From Paraspadella gotoi (Eukaryota > Animalia > Chaetognatha): 64,000 bases of DNA. Below the pieces are notes generated by a model. It worked only from the letters and a program-made list of their open reading frames with translations, had not been told where the DNA came from and did no database searches. This document shows positions 1 to 11,329 of this stretch, one piece after another. Position 1 is the first letter of the stretch, and every line of letters begins with the position of its first letter. The translations under genes were made by a program, and so were the position numbers. The DNA is taken from positions 9,869,907 through 9,933,906 of the forward strand of contig CM119264.1 in the NCBI GenBank assembly GCA_051294375.1, read 5' to 3'.

Positions 1-788
1 TGTAAAATTTCAGCGGGAAAGATGTTGCGTAATAAACGAGCCACAAAAATAATCCTCTTTCGCAAACCGCGGTTGCTCGTCGCATGGCCATGGCTTTCGG
101 ATTTGGATTCGCGGTATAGTAAATTATGCGCATTTGGGTCCAATATAAAATGTAAAACGAAACAAAAGCCCTTTGTTTTCTTCGGATTTATTTTAACTTT
201 AAAAAATTGATCCCGCGCTCCCCAAAAAATCGAAAGTAAACACACTGGGCTTTCTTCCAGTGTATTCAAAATAGTTATATATTGACGGCTTGAGGTCGGA
301 ATTAAAGGTTAAAAAAGTTGTTTATTTGATTACCAAAACAAGCAATCAAGCATAATTTTTTTTTCATTTTTTCAGTCAGGTGCTTGGAGGAGACAAAATG
401 CTTTTTATATATAAAGTCAAAGTGAACTTTTGTTGAGTACAATTGAAGAACGAGCTGGTCTTCGTGGAGGAAGATTGGAAGGGGTAGAACCACTCTATTT
501 AAAATGCATTTTAATACATGAAAAGGTTAAAATAAAGCTCGCGCTCCCCATTCATGTTCTTCCCAAGAACCTACGCTTTCCGAATATACCCATATTGTCC
601 CTCTTTATTAAGTGCTTGACCATGGAATTTTAAAAATAATCGATTTCTAGCAAAAACCTGATCGCCCCTTCGACTCGAACGACTTGCATCCCCAGTTTAA
701 CCTTTCTTTTTTTTTGTTTGTGTGAATTTAGGAGAGAAACGAAAATTTCCTTTTTAACAACAAATGATTTTATTTAAAATAAAAATCG

Positions 789-825
789 GACATGTTTCGA
801 CTAATTGGTTTTCGAGTCATCCGAG
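789..825 (-). ncRNA. Degenerate Penelope-type minimal hammerhead ribozyme remnant
   Basis: Minus strand reads CTCGGAT-GACT-cgaaaaccaatt-AGTC-GAAAC-AT-GTC: stem II GACT/AGTC, GAAAC, palindromic stem III ACATGT, GUC triplet, then an A/T tail with AATAAA. The CUGANGA box is mutated (CTCGGA). Confidence 0.3.
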
Positions 826-989
826 TTGATCTCCGATCGATCGTCGAAAGTAAGGATTGGGTAGTACTAGTAGTGAAAGAATAAAAGAAAGAAAAAATGG
901 GTACGGGTTGGTTTCATTCCGTTATTCACTATTCTTTCTTTTCGGTTGTCTGTTTNNNNNNNNNNCTTTTTTTTTCTTTCTTTTATTCT

Positions 990-1026
990 TTCATTCTTTC
1001 ATTCTTTCCTTCTTTCTCTCTTTTTT

Positions 1027-1118
<92 letters not shown>

Positions 1119-1120
1119 TC
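990..1120. repeat. (TTTC)n microsatellite
   Basis: Tetranucleotide repeat read directly; source of the F/L/S-rich ORFs at 857-1257. Confidence 0.95.
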
Positions 1121-1399
1121 CTGTTTTTTTATTAAATCTTGCTTTCTTTTTTTTAATTTATTTTTCTATTTCATTTTTTAATTTCTATTTTCTTTATAAT
1201 TTAAAACGTACTGAAATTTACACTTTACCTGGTCACGTTTTTGTTATCAAAAAATAATTAGCCTGGAAAAAGACTACTAGTTTGGCAATATTATCAATTT
1301 ATCAGCAGTTTTGTAAGTCAGAAAACCAGGGTGTCCGCTTTTCTCATTCGTTCCTAAAGTTTCTTGCTTTTTTGGTTTGGAAGGTTTTGGTGTTAAAGG

Positions 1400-1560
1400 G
1401 TGGGTCCTCGCCTGGGAACCAGGCTTGGGGGCTTTCAACCCCCCTAAGGGGGTTTACGGCCGTGCTCACACTTCACGAAGGGTGGTCCCCGGGTTGGGAT
1501 TGAGCCCGGTACCCAGTGGTCATGAGCTGATTGCTTTACTAGATGAGAGCCAAAGGGACA
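1400..1560 (-). mobile_element. tRNA-derived SINE-like element (tRNA-like head plus hairpin-rich body)
   Basis: Minus strand: TGGCTCTCATCTAG (A-box-like) ... GGCTCAATCCC (B-box-like) ... GGGACCA, followed by GC-rich hairpins (ccccc-ttag-ggggg; gcctgg-ttc-ccaggc). GC-rich island in AT-rich flanks. Confidence 0.4.
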
Positions 1561-1996
1561 CAACTGAGTGATTGATATTTCTATGCGGGGTGAACCTGGG
1601 CAAATCTACCACTGATAGTTAAAAAGTTTTGACAGAAAAATTATTGTACTACATAATGCATTATAAACTTTATGGATGTCGTACGTATAAGCTGATCTAG
1701 ATATCTGTTTTACTGATTCTGCTTTAGGAGAATACATAGAAAATACAAAAAATTGCGTTTTTTTTTTAAAAACAACTTTAATTAATATTATTAATTCGAT
1801 TAAAATTCTTTTTCTTTATTAGGACGAATCAATAAGAATCGATAGAAATCAATCGGTTGACTGTTGACGGTTAATTGGTTATCTAGTGCCCTCACCAACT
1901 GGATCTCCTATTTGCAATCAAAAACCGAATATTAAAGGACTATCCTGATATATAGTAAGCGTCATCCCAAATCACGTTTTTTTTTCATCCTTTCCT

Positions 1997-2484
1997 TCAA
2001 ATTCCGCGCCTGCGCATCATCTCGTCCAACATGTTTTCAAATTTTCTCTCGGCTCTCTTCTTCCAAATTCCATCGGATTCGATTCCAAACTGACTTTTCG
2101 TCGCCTCGATCATCTCTTTAATGCTTTCTCGCACAAGCCGCAATTCTTCCACGAGGTGGCCGACGGCTTCGCAATCCGCTTCCTTCCATTTGCCTTTTCC
2201 ACGACCTTTTCCTTTGCCCTTGTCTTCGTCCTCGTCTTTGTCCTCGTCTTTGTCTTTGTCATCGTCGTCGGTAAAGAAGGACCAGAGTGAGGTCCAGTCG
2301 AATCCTTCCGTTGTCGTTTGCGACGGAGCGAAGGTCAACCCAGCTGTCGATTCGTCCGGTGCTGCGGTTGCGGCTTCGGTAGACGCTGCTGTTGACGCTG
2401 CGGTTGCGGCTGCTGTTGTGACTTGAAATCCATCAGTGGCTTCCGTCGCGGCTTCGGTAACTCCGGCTTCGGTCAGATTCGACG
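1997..2484 (-). CDS. Orphan secreted protein, exon 3 (Thr/Ala-rich stalk, D/E/K tract, GK repeats, helical C-terminus)
   Basis: Acceptor ttgacatcAG| in phase 1 (A+CG=Thr), open to the stop at 1997; GC-rich codon-like composition; matches ORF 1997..2494. Confidence 0.8.
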
Positions 2485-2726
2485 CTGATGTCAAGGAATT
2501 TCTTTTTTAATTTTTAACAATGTCGTTATATCTTAATTAAGTAAATCAAGTAAAAAAAACAAGAACCGGCTCGTTGAAGGAAGGACGTTCCGATTCATGG
2601 ACGCATTACACGAGATCAGGTGACTATACAAGTATGAAACATATGAACGGACGGACTGATCGCCCGCGAAAACTAACGCGAGTTCTCGCGGTTAAACTAA
2701 ATATATTGTTGATAATATTAACTCAC

Positions 2727-2822
2727 TGACGGATTCGTTGACGACCCTCTTCAACAGATGGATGAGTCTTAGGCGCGACAACGGAACGTATTTTGATCTT
2801 CGGAATCGTTTTCCCGAAATTC
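2727..2822 (-). CDS. Orphan secreted protein, exon 2 (GISGKRFRRSKYVPLSRLRLIHLLKRVVNESV)
   Basis: Acceptor ttttctccgcAG| and donor |GTGAGT; 96 bp, phase 1-1, consistent with both neighbouring exons. Confidence 0.75.
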
Positions 2823-3011
2823 CTGCGGAGAAAATTGAATAATTTACGAATGTGTTGCTATATATGTTTCGTCGAGACAAAATTCCGTATTGCCGTACTA
2901 TACATAATGCCATAACTAAAAAAAATACTCAACAACATTACAGCCGCCATAATATTCAACTGATTTAAAAATGTTTTAAACCAAGACATGAATGACATTT
3001 GGTAAACTTAC

Positions 3012-3057
3012 CGAGAATCGCCGTCGCGAATAAAATGGCGACCAAGTAGAGTTTCAT
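3012..3057 (-). CDS. Orphan secreted protein, exon 1 (signal peptide MKLYLVAILFATAIL-G)
   Basis: ATG at 3057, hydrophobic signal peptide, donor G|GTAAGT; 46 bp, phase 1. Total CDS 46+96+488=630 bp = 209 aa plus stop. Confidence 0.8.
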
Positions 3058-3209
3058 TCTTCCTCTTTTGTTTTTCGTGTTAAACTAAAATGAGAAAAGA
3101 ATTAAGAGTAAATGAAAGAGAAAATTTCTGTGTTTAAAATTATCAAAAAAGTGATTGAATTCAAAAAGGTAGTTGAGAAATTTGTAATGATTTTAGAAGN
3201 NNNNNNNNN

Positions 3210-3452
3210 ATATGTTTCGTCGAGACAAAATTCCGTATTGCCGTACTATACATAATGCCATAACTAAAAAAAATACTCAACAACATTACAGCCGCCATAA
3301 TATTCAACTGATTTAAAAATGTTTTAAACCAAGACATGAATGACATTTGGTAAACTTACCGAGAATCGCCGTCGCGAATAAAATGGCGACCAAGTAGAGT
3401 TTCATTCTTCCTCTTTTGTTTTTCGTGTTAAACTAAAATGAGAAAAGAATTA
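3210..3452. repeat. Exact duplicate of 2862-3104 (includes exon 1) just after a 10-N gap; probable scaffolding overlap
   Basis: Identical sequence at offset 348, beginning immediately after the N-run 3200-3209. Confidence 0.8.
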
Positions 3453-3617
3453 GCCTCACGATAATAATAATGTAATGAATAATTAATGAATATAAATTAA
3501 ATTTAATAATTAATTAATTTTATATTCAGCTTGTCATCATCGATGTCCTTAAAATTGAGTCAGGACAGTTATTAAATGTTTTGTTTACATTTTATCAAAA
3601 CAAACAAATATCCTCTA

Positions 3618-3655
3618 TTATCGAGCCAGGCGGGCAAAGCCCGTCCTGGCTAGAT
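3618..3655. repeat. GC-rich terminal-type hairpin (possible Helitron/Helentron end)
   Basis: agccagg-cgggc-aaa-gcccg-t-cctggct stem-loop in AT-rich context. Confidence 0.35.
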
Positions 3656-4044
3656 TTTGATTCGGTTAGCTTTTGGTCACGCTTTTTTGCAATCATGGCT
3701 TCTGAAAGTGTGATATCATAGGGAGTTGAAATTTCATATATGGCTTCTAATCATCAAGATCTTTAAAAATTCTCATGTTTCATATCAAATTCGTATTTGT
3801 TTATTTTTATTTACAAAACAAAAACGTTTTAATTATATGTCGCTCCTCTCTCTCTTTCTTTTAAATATATGTCGCTCTCTCTCTCTCTCTTTTCTCCGTC
3901 ACTGCTTCTTCTGATTTGTCTAAAAACGAGTTCCGGCTCTGCAGCGTCCGTCCAGCTTGTTTCTCTCTCTTCTCTCTCTCTCTCTTTTTTTTTTTTTTTT
4001 TTACAAAAAAAATTTTAGAATTAATGTGGGCTCATTAATGTAAA

Positions 4045-4125
4045 AAACGATGCCGCGAACAGGGTGCGAACCCGGGTCCTTTGGTAGAGAAGAGCTCACG
4101 CTATGTCCGGCGCCATAGGAACTGC
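4045..4125 (-). mobile_element. tRNA-derived SINE head or tRNA pseudogene
   Basis: Minus strand TGGCGCCGGACATAGCG (A-box-like) ... CCCGGGTTCGCACCCTG (B-box/T-arm); no clean cloverleaf. Confidence 0.5.
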
Positions 4126-4242
4126 TGTTCTTTAACGAGTAAAGGGCTGTAGAGCTTTCTCTCTCTCTCTTTTTAATTATATATATCGCCTCTTTCTCTC
4201 TCTCTTTTTCTCTGCAGCGGGCTGTCTCTCTGTCTCTCTTTT

Positions 4243-4280
<38 letters not shown>

Positions 4281-4469
4281 TCTGTCTCTCTGTGTGTGTG
4301 TGTCCCTCTCTGTCGATCTCTTGCGTAATTGTTTGTTTTTTGAAAAATTCTGATTATTTTTTTCCTTCTAAAAACTTTTATTATTACCATTTATTCCGCG
4401 TTTTTTTCATAACAAAATCCCATATTTCATCTCGAGATTTTTCGTGGATTTATTCTCTTCTTTCCTCTC

Positions 4470-4501
<32 letters not shown>

Positions 4502-4954
4502 CTCTCTCTCTCACTTTCTACTCTCTCTCTCTCTCTCGTCTCTTCTCTCTCTCTCTCTTCTCTTCTCTCCTCTTCTCTCTCTCTCTCTCTTTCACTTTCT
4601 CTCTCTCTCTCTCTTCTCTTCATATCTCTCTCTCTCTCTTTCACTCATACACGCATTTGTTTGTTTTATTGACTATCATTCGCTATCAAAAGTGAATGAC
4701 TATCATCACAGCAGTAAATGACTATCATCGCCATCAATAATTGATTATCATCGAATCAATAATCAATTCTCTATTACATCAATAAATTACTATTACATCA
4801 ATCAATTAGTATTAGCTCAATCATTACTAATACATCAATAATTCGTTATCGCATGATTCATTCGTTTTTTTCATGGGTTTTTTCATTAATTTTCTTTGAT
4901 AGTGAGCTCTGGCTCGATCTTTAGTCTTTTAAGATTTTTTTATTATTATGTTCT

Positions 4955-4988
<34 letters not shown>

Positions 4989-5129
4989 TCTCTCTCTCTC
5001 TCTCTCACTCTCTCTCTTTCTCTCTCACTCTCTCTCTCTCTCTCACTCTCTCTTTCTCTCTCTCTCTCTCTCTTTTTATGCAATAACGACGATCCTTATG
5101 CTTTTAGATTTTTTTAACTTGCAATCATT

Positions 5130-6311
5130 TTTTCAACTTGCATTCCGTCAAAACTTTATATCTAGCTTCTTCACTCACTTTCCTACTGGCTCACAAAATT
5201 TCATCTCAATCTATCATGGGTTAAAATAAAATAAAAAGATTCAAGTAAAAATTGTGACTCATATTTTTTCATTTAAACTCATTTCCACTGGTACGTTTTC
5301 CACTGAAACTTTATATCAAGCTTCGTCACACATTTTCCTACCCCACACACAACAATTTCTCACTCAATCTATCCATCCAATTATGAATAATTAGAGTATT
5401 TATTGGTTAAATAAGTTGAAAAGATTTTAGTAAATTCGACTTATGTTTTTTCCATTTAAACTAATTTCCACTCACACGATTCCATCGAAAACTTTATATC
5501 CAGCTTATCACACATTTTCCTACTCACACACAAATTTAATTCCAATCCACCCAGCAATCACGAGTTATTGGAGCTTTGCTAAGATGGGACGGATGGACGG
5601 ATTGATTGACTAATTAATTAATTATTGATTAATTTATTACTAATTGATTTAATTAACTGATTAATTATTTGATTTATTAATACATCCTGCATATACATTA
5701 ATATAAAAGGAAAAAGAAGCATAATCAATTAGTAAAACAGGTTTTTTGTTTTTTTCCATTTAAACTCATTTTCCACTCAAACTATTCCATCAAAAACTTG
5801 ATTTCCTGTTCAATCACACACTTTCCTACCACATACAAAATTCCAGGTCAATCAGCCCATCCACTCATGGCAATTGGTGTTCAAATAGTGAATATATTTT
5901 TTTTTGTTTTTTCCATTTAAACATCATTTCCACTCGGACGATTCCATCTAAACTTCATCCACGCTCAATCACACACATTACCTATCCTCCACACAAAATT
6001 TCATTTAAAATCCATCCATCCAATCACGAGTAATTGGTGTTTTTTTGCTAAGGTGGACGGACGGACGGACGGACGGACGGACGGACGGACGAGGACGGAC
6101 GGACGGACGACGACGGAGACGGACGCGACGGACGGACGACGGACAGACAGACGGACGGACGGACATCATTTTTTTTGGCATAATTTATCAATAATTCGAT
6201 GTTCTGACATGATATAAGTGTGTGCCGACAATATGAGGGGGCGGACCGACGGACCGAAAAAAGTGAGTTATGAGAGTCGGGATCTGCTGATGCAGCAGAT
6301 CCGACTAAAAA
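5130..6311 (-). mobile_element. Helentron-associated / DINE-1-like non-autonomous element (HINE)
   Basis: Minus strand begins TTTTTAG, then palindrome TCGGATCTGC-tgcatca-GCAGATCCCGA, then a (GTCC)n microsatellite (6054-6163), then about five diverged ~160-180-bp core tandem units (5130-6050, motif CATTTAAACTCATTTCCACT...CACACATTTTCCTAC). This is the HINE/DINE-1 layout. Confidence 0.6.
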
Positions 6312-7204
6312 GTGAGAATTGAACTGCTTGAAAAATGATACTTTTACTGCGTGAATTACAAAAAATTGGAATAAAATTTTACTACACGTCTATCTTCCCC
6401 AAATCGACCCTCTGCGCGAGAAGTCCTCACAGTAATTATTTTCCTGAAAATTTTAGTTTTTTCTTTAAGAATTCTAATATCTAATAACTAATATCTAATT
6501 AAGCTAAGGCTAAGTTAAAAATTAAGTTTTCTAGTTATAAGACTGATCTTTAATAAAAAAAAAATCCTTAAAAATTATCGATCCAGGGTCTATATTTCAA
6601 AACAATCTTTTTTACTGACAGAAAACGCGTTTCAGTTTAAGTTGAAATTTTATTCACCCACAACTTGAAAGCGGAATAATTTAAAGGTAGGAGTAGGGTA
6701 ATTCAGGTCACGTTTCATGTCACTTTCCTTTTCATTTATGGAATGGAATCAGAAGAAAGCGGGTTTTTGTTGATGAACGATAATCATTTTTGCTTCTTTA
6801 AACTTTTTTCACCTTTTAACTATTCCAAGTCATAAAAACTCTCAATTTCAGGAATTTATTGAATTATTTAATACTTTGAAAATATCAGTTACTCGAGCGT
6901 TTTCTTATTTGATTGAATTATCCTTATTTACATAAAAAGATTACTTTTCCTTTTTATTCATAAATAAACAGAGTTTTTCTTGCGATGTTGTTCCCTTTTT
7001 TCGACCTTGAGAAGTCACCGAAACCATATTTTCCAATTCCTAATCCACTGCATTAAGAAATATTTAGAATATAATCTCCTGATCAATGAGACGACCTCCC
7101 AATTCAAATTTTTTTTTTCCAATTCAAATTTTTCTTTCGAGTTTTTCCTTGATATGATTTAGAACTTTGAAACGCGGTTTTTTCTACCACTGCATGCAAG
7201 AAAA

Positions 7205-8301
7205 CAAGACTTCTTAAAATCATTACAAATTTCTCAACCTACCTTTTTGAATTCAATCACTTTTTTGATAATTTTAAACACAGAAATTTTCTCTTTCATT
7301 TACTCTTAATTCTTTTTCTCATTTTTAGTTTAACACGAAAAAGCAAAAGAGGAAGGAATGAAACTCACTTGGTCGCCATTTTATTTCGCGACGGGCGCGA
7401 TTTCCGTAAGTTTACCAAATGTCATTCATGTCTTGGTTTAAACATTTTTAAAATCAGTTGAATATTCTATGGCGCTGTAAAATGTTGTTGAGTATTTTTT
7501 TTTAGTTATGCATATAGTATTGTGTATATTTTATATCGGCAATACGGAATTTTTGTCTCGACGAGAAACAGAGAAATAATAAAGTCGATAGATTTTGAGA
7601 ACAAACACAATTCCGCCGCGATAACATATTACAAATTATGATAGGCTCCCGCAGGAAATTTCGGGGCCCGGAAAAACGATTCCGAAGTAGATCATACAAT
7701 ACCGTTTCCGGTTTGGTTCGCGCGTCCTAAGTGGATCTCATCTATCTCGTCTTGAATTGAGGGTCCCTTCGTACAAACGACAAAACCTCCCGTCAAGTGA
7801 GTTACACTTATGTATCAACAATCTAATAATTTAGTTTTATTTTATTTTAAACCGCGAAGAACCATCGCGGTTAGGTTTTGTCGTTTAGAAGGTGCGCAAA
7901 GTTCACGTCGTCTGGCGTTCCATAGAATGTTTCTAACATGTCCTTGTATGTAAGGTGCTTATCTGTCTACGTGGGTGTGTATTATTGCGTAGCCATGAAA
8001 TTCCTCCTCTCCGAATCAGTTCCTCTCTTCTTCTCCTCATCTTTGACCGCGCCCACATGGGTCCCCTAGCTTGTCCCTTTTACTTGTCTTCGTATCCCAG
8101 CACATCTTCGCTTAAGTTTCTGACAGACCTCTTTTCAATTAATAATTTAATAACGACATGGTTTAAAAAATTAGATCCATATTAGCACCAAACACATCGT
8201 ACGTTTTCCCCCTCTTCTCTAGACTATCTATTCCTCACTTGGGCGTTATCGAATCACATGACCGTCAAGCCTGCGGCATGATGCTCTTTTTTACCGAAGT
8301 C
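7205..8301 (+). pseudogene. Indel-riddled inverted copy of 3199-~2450 (secreted-protein gene exons 1-2 and start of exon 3); probable raw long-read artefact
   Basis: Reverse complement of the gene region (ATGAAACTCACTTGGTCGCC at ~7358); insertion-type noise increases toward the 25-N gap at 8302-8326. Confidence 0.7.
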
Positions 8302-8509
8302 NNNNNNNNNNNNNNNNNNNNNNNNNGCAGATCCGACATTGTTTGCTCAAACTTGTTTTAAAAAAATGGTTCTGCAATGTGAATTGAAATACAGGCAATA
8401 AATATAACTTGTTACTCCCGCAAAGAATTTTCAAACACGTTTAAATTCAAATTATAAGAAATGAGGCACTTTCTAAAAAAATCTTATATATATATATATA
8501 ATATATATA

Positions 8510-8554
<45 letters not shown>

Positions 8555-8927
8555 TCTCTGACTCTTTTTCTTTTTGGGTCAAAAAACGTTCATCTTTTTT
8601 GTGCTTTTCCGATAACAAACACCGAATCACCGACCCGGGAAACTCGATCGATCGTGATTTTCGTCGTCGTCACCGATAATTGTAACAGAATATAAATAGA
8701 AAGGCGTTACCTTTTCCACTTTTCGAAGGTTCTTCTTTGTCGCGATCCACAAGCGGAAAACTCGAATGACGCCAAAGGGGAATACAGAGGGAGGGAAAGG
8801 AAAAAGGAGGGAAGAGGCTGAACAGAGGAGGAGAGCGTCCGGAGGAAAAGGTTTCATCTAGGAACATAAGGCGAGCGTCGAGGGAACGCCTCGATGTCAA
8901 AACTGTTATGAGAGAAAAAGAAAGAGT

Positions 8928-8983
<56 letters not shown>

Positions 8984-10282
8984 TAAATGTGAGACAAGAG
9001 AAAATCGTTTTGCTTTACGATTTCTAAATAAAAAAGTTTTTATGAATTTTTTTTCTGAAATAAAAGAAACAATATGACAGTTAAGACGAGAAAAAGATAA
9101 AACGATAAAACAATAAAAAAAACAATTTGACATTCAAACGATAAATGAGCATTGAGCAAGACTAATTTATGAACATTAGAAGTTTGTCTATTTGTTGCAG
9201 AATTTACTGTCGATATCGACCTTGTGATCAGTGATGTACCTCATTGCGGTCCTTCGATGTAAAATTCACAGATAGCGACAAAATTGCCGAGTGGAGAAAA
9301 CAAAACCCAAGTGAGTTTTGTCCAAAGTTGTCGTAGTCAAATCTCTTTTTATTAAATACTTTTTTTAGTTTGGTAATCTTGATTTTGAAAGCCGTGTACC
9401 TAAAGATCGACATGGATCCTAAATTGTAAAAGGCCAAAAAGGGGGAAGAGTGGCCACAGAACGCGTAATATTGGTCAACCATGAGCGAATGAAAGGCCGC
9501 GAAATTGGCTGATTTTGGTTCAATTCCGAAAAAGTCCAGTCGACTTCTCATTTTGCCCTTTTATCTCCTCACCCTTAGTTCCCCTCCTCACCGCTGTCGC
9601 TCACCGCCCCTTCCCCGCCGTTCTCCCCCGCTCCCGCCTTTCCCCCACCAGTTTTCAGCCTAAGTGGAACATGTCCTAATTGGCTTCAATTTCTCCGGAC
9701 GACGAAAACTGTCCCTCGTCTCCCGGAAGATTTCCGGTCGGGTCAACGCTCGACGGACGAGGAGGAAAATTGCCCACCTCGCCTTCTCTCCCTCCCCCGA
9801 TTCGACTCAACGCGATGCGCATTTATACTTATTTGTTTCATTCTCATATTTCTTACTTTCTTCATCAATCTTAATATGTATGTTCAACTTTATCCGATTT
9901 CGTTTTATTTATTTTCTCAATTAATTTTATCCGAATTTGTTTTCCTTTATCCTCAACTCAGCTTTCCTCTCAGGGATGAAGACGTGATGCATTCAAAGCA
10001 CAAACTCTGGCTTTTACCTCTAGAGGTTGATGCGGAGGCGATAATTGGACTCTCTCTCTCTCTCTGCATCTCCTCTCCTCTCTCTCTCTCTCTCTCCTCT
10101 TCTCATTCTCTCTCTCTCTCTTCTCCTCACGATTTACGGACACCGTTCGCCTTGTAGGTAGGAAGAACCTCTCGCCCCATTTGGCGCAAGAAGTAACTGG
10201 GTCTTTCCGGGTTCGCTTAAAATTCGGTCGTCCCGCATTTCTCCTCTCTCTCTCTCTCTCTCTCTCTCCTTCTCTCTTCTCT

Positions 10283-10316
<34 letters not shown>

Positions 10317-10482
10317 CTTCTCTCTAATTATCTTTTGAATATATTCATGTTCCTTCTTTACAGTCACGTCTGATCAGAGATTCATTTTTCTCAATCCTCT
10401 CTCTTATTCAATGAACGAAAAAAACAATTTTGGAGGACATGATTAATGTAGGATCCGAAGACCAGAGGAGAGAGAAGAGAGA

Positions 10483-10515
<33 letters not shown>

Positions 10516-11329
10516 CAGATGAAAGTGCACCGAAATCAGGAGCCACACTGGTCGATCCAGTTACTCAACCCAGGCGCATCAACCGATCACCCGGATACCT
10601 GTTGGCTGTTGGGCGCGGCACTTGAGCGGCAATAGGACTGATCTCTTAATTCTGTTAGTGTTTCTTTCTTTTGTAGCCGCATCCCTCATTATTTTCTTTT
10701 TAAAATATCCAATTTCCCTTTCCCCTTATTCGCAACTTCCATTTCACTCATGCATCATAAACCGGCGGTGTCTCATTATTTCAAATAAGTGTTTATCACC
10801 TACCATCTCTTCCTTTTATATATCTGTTTTTATTCTCTCCCTATGATTCCACTAACACTATTTAATATCTTATTTTTTATAAAAACCATTGTCTTTATTT
10901 CTATGTTCTCCCTTGTTTTCGATATCCTTTTATACTTTTTTCGGTTGTGGTTCACTCCTTTCTAGGCTTTCTCCGCTTGATACCGACCAATAACCGCCCT
11001 CTCAATCGCTCTTTTTTCTTCTCGCATTCGCACCGCTCGAGAAGCAATGAGGAAAGAAAAATGGAGGTTGAAGAGAAGAAAGAAGGGTAGGGGATGGCCC
11101 ATAAGAAAACTTCGGCAAGGCAGGATCTTTCAAGCTCTGCCGGAAATTGACTCAGGTAGACGAGTGGCACAGATTGAAAGATGATGGAGTACAGGCCGAA
11201 AAGAGTAGATGTAAGTCAGAATAAGGGGACGAAAGAGCCGAGAGAGAGGAGAAGAGAGAGATATATTTAATTCAAGAGAAGTATCAAGAAAAATGGAGTT
11301 AGAAATAGAACAATTTTAGGAAGTTGCGC

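Noticed and set aside
857-1257. F/L/S-rich and R/E-rich ORFs here and throughout (e.g. 37259-37918, 49596-50486, 50754-51596)
   Set aside because: Translations of (TTTC)n and (CT/GA)n microsatellites, which lack stop codons by composition.
1383-1455. HDV-like ribozyme around TCCTCGC
   Set aside because: P2 cannot form and P1 is weak.
4045-4125. Functional tRNA gene
   Set aside because: A/B-box-like motifs only; acceptor and D stems do not form a canonical cloverleaf.
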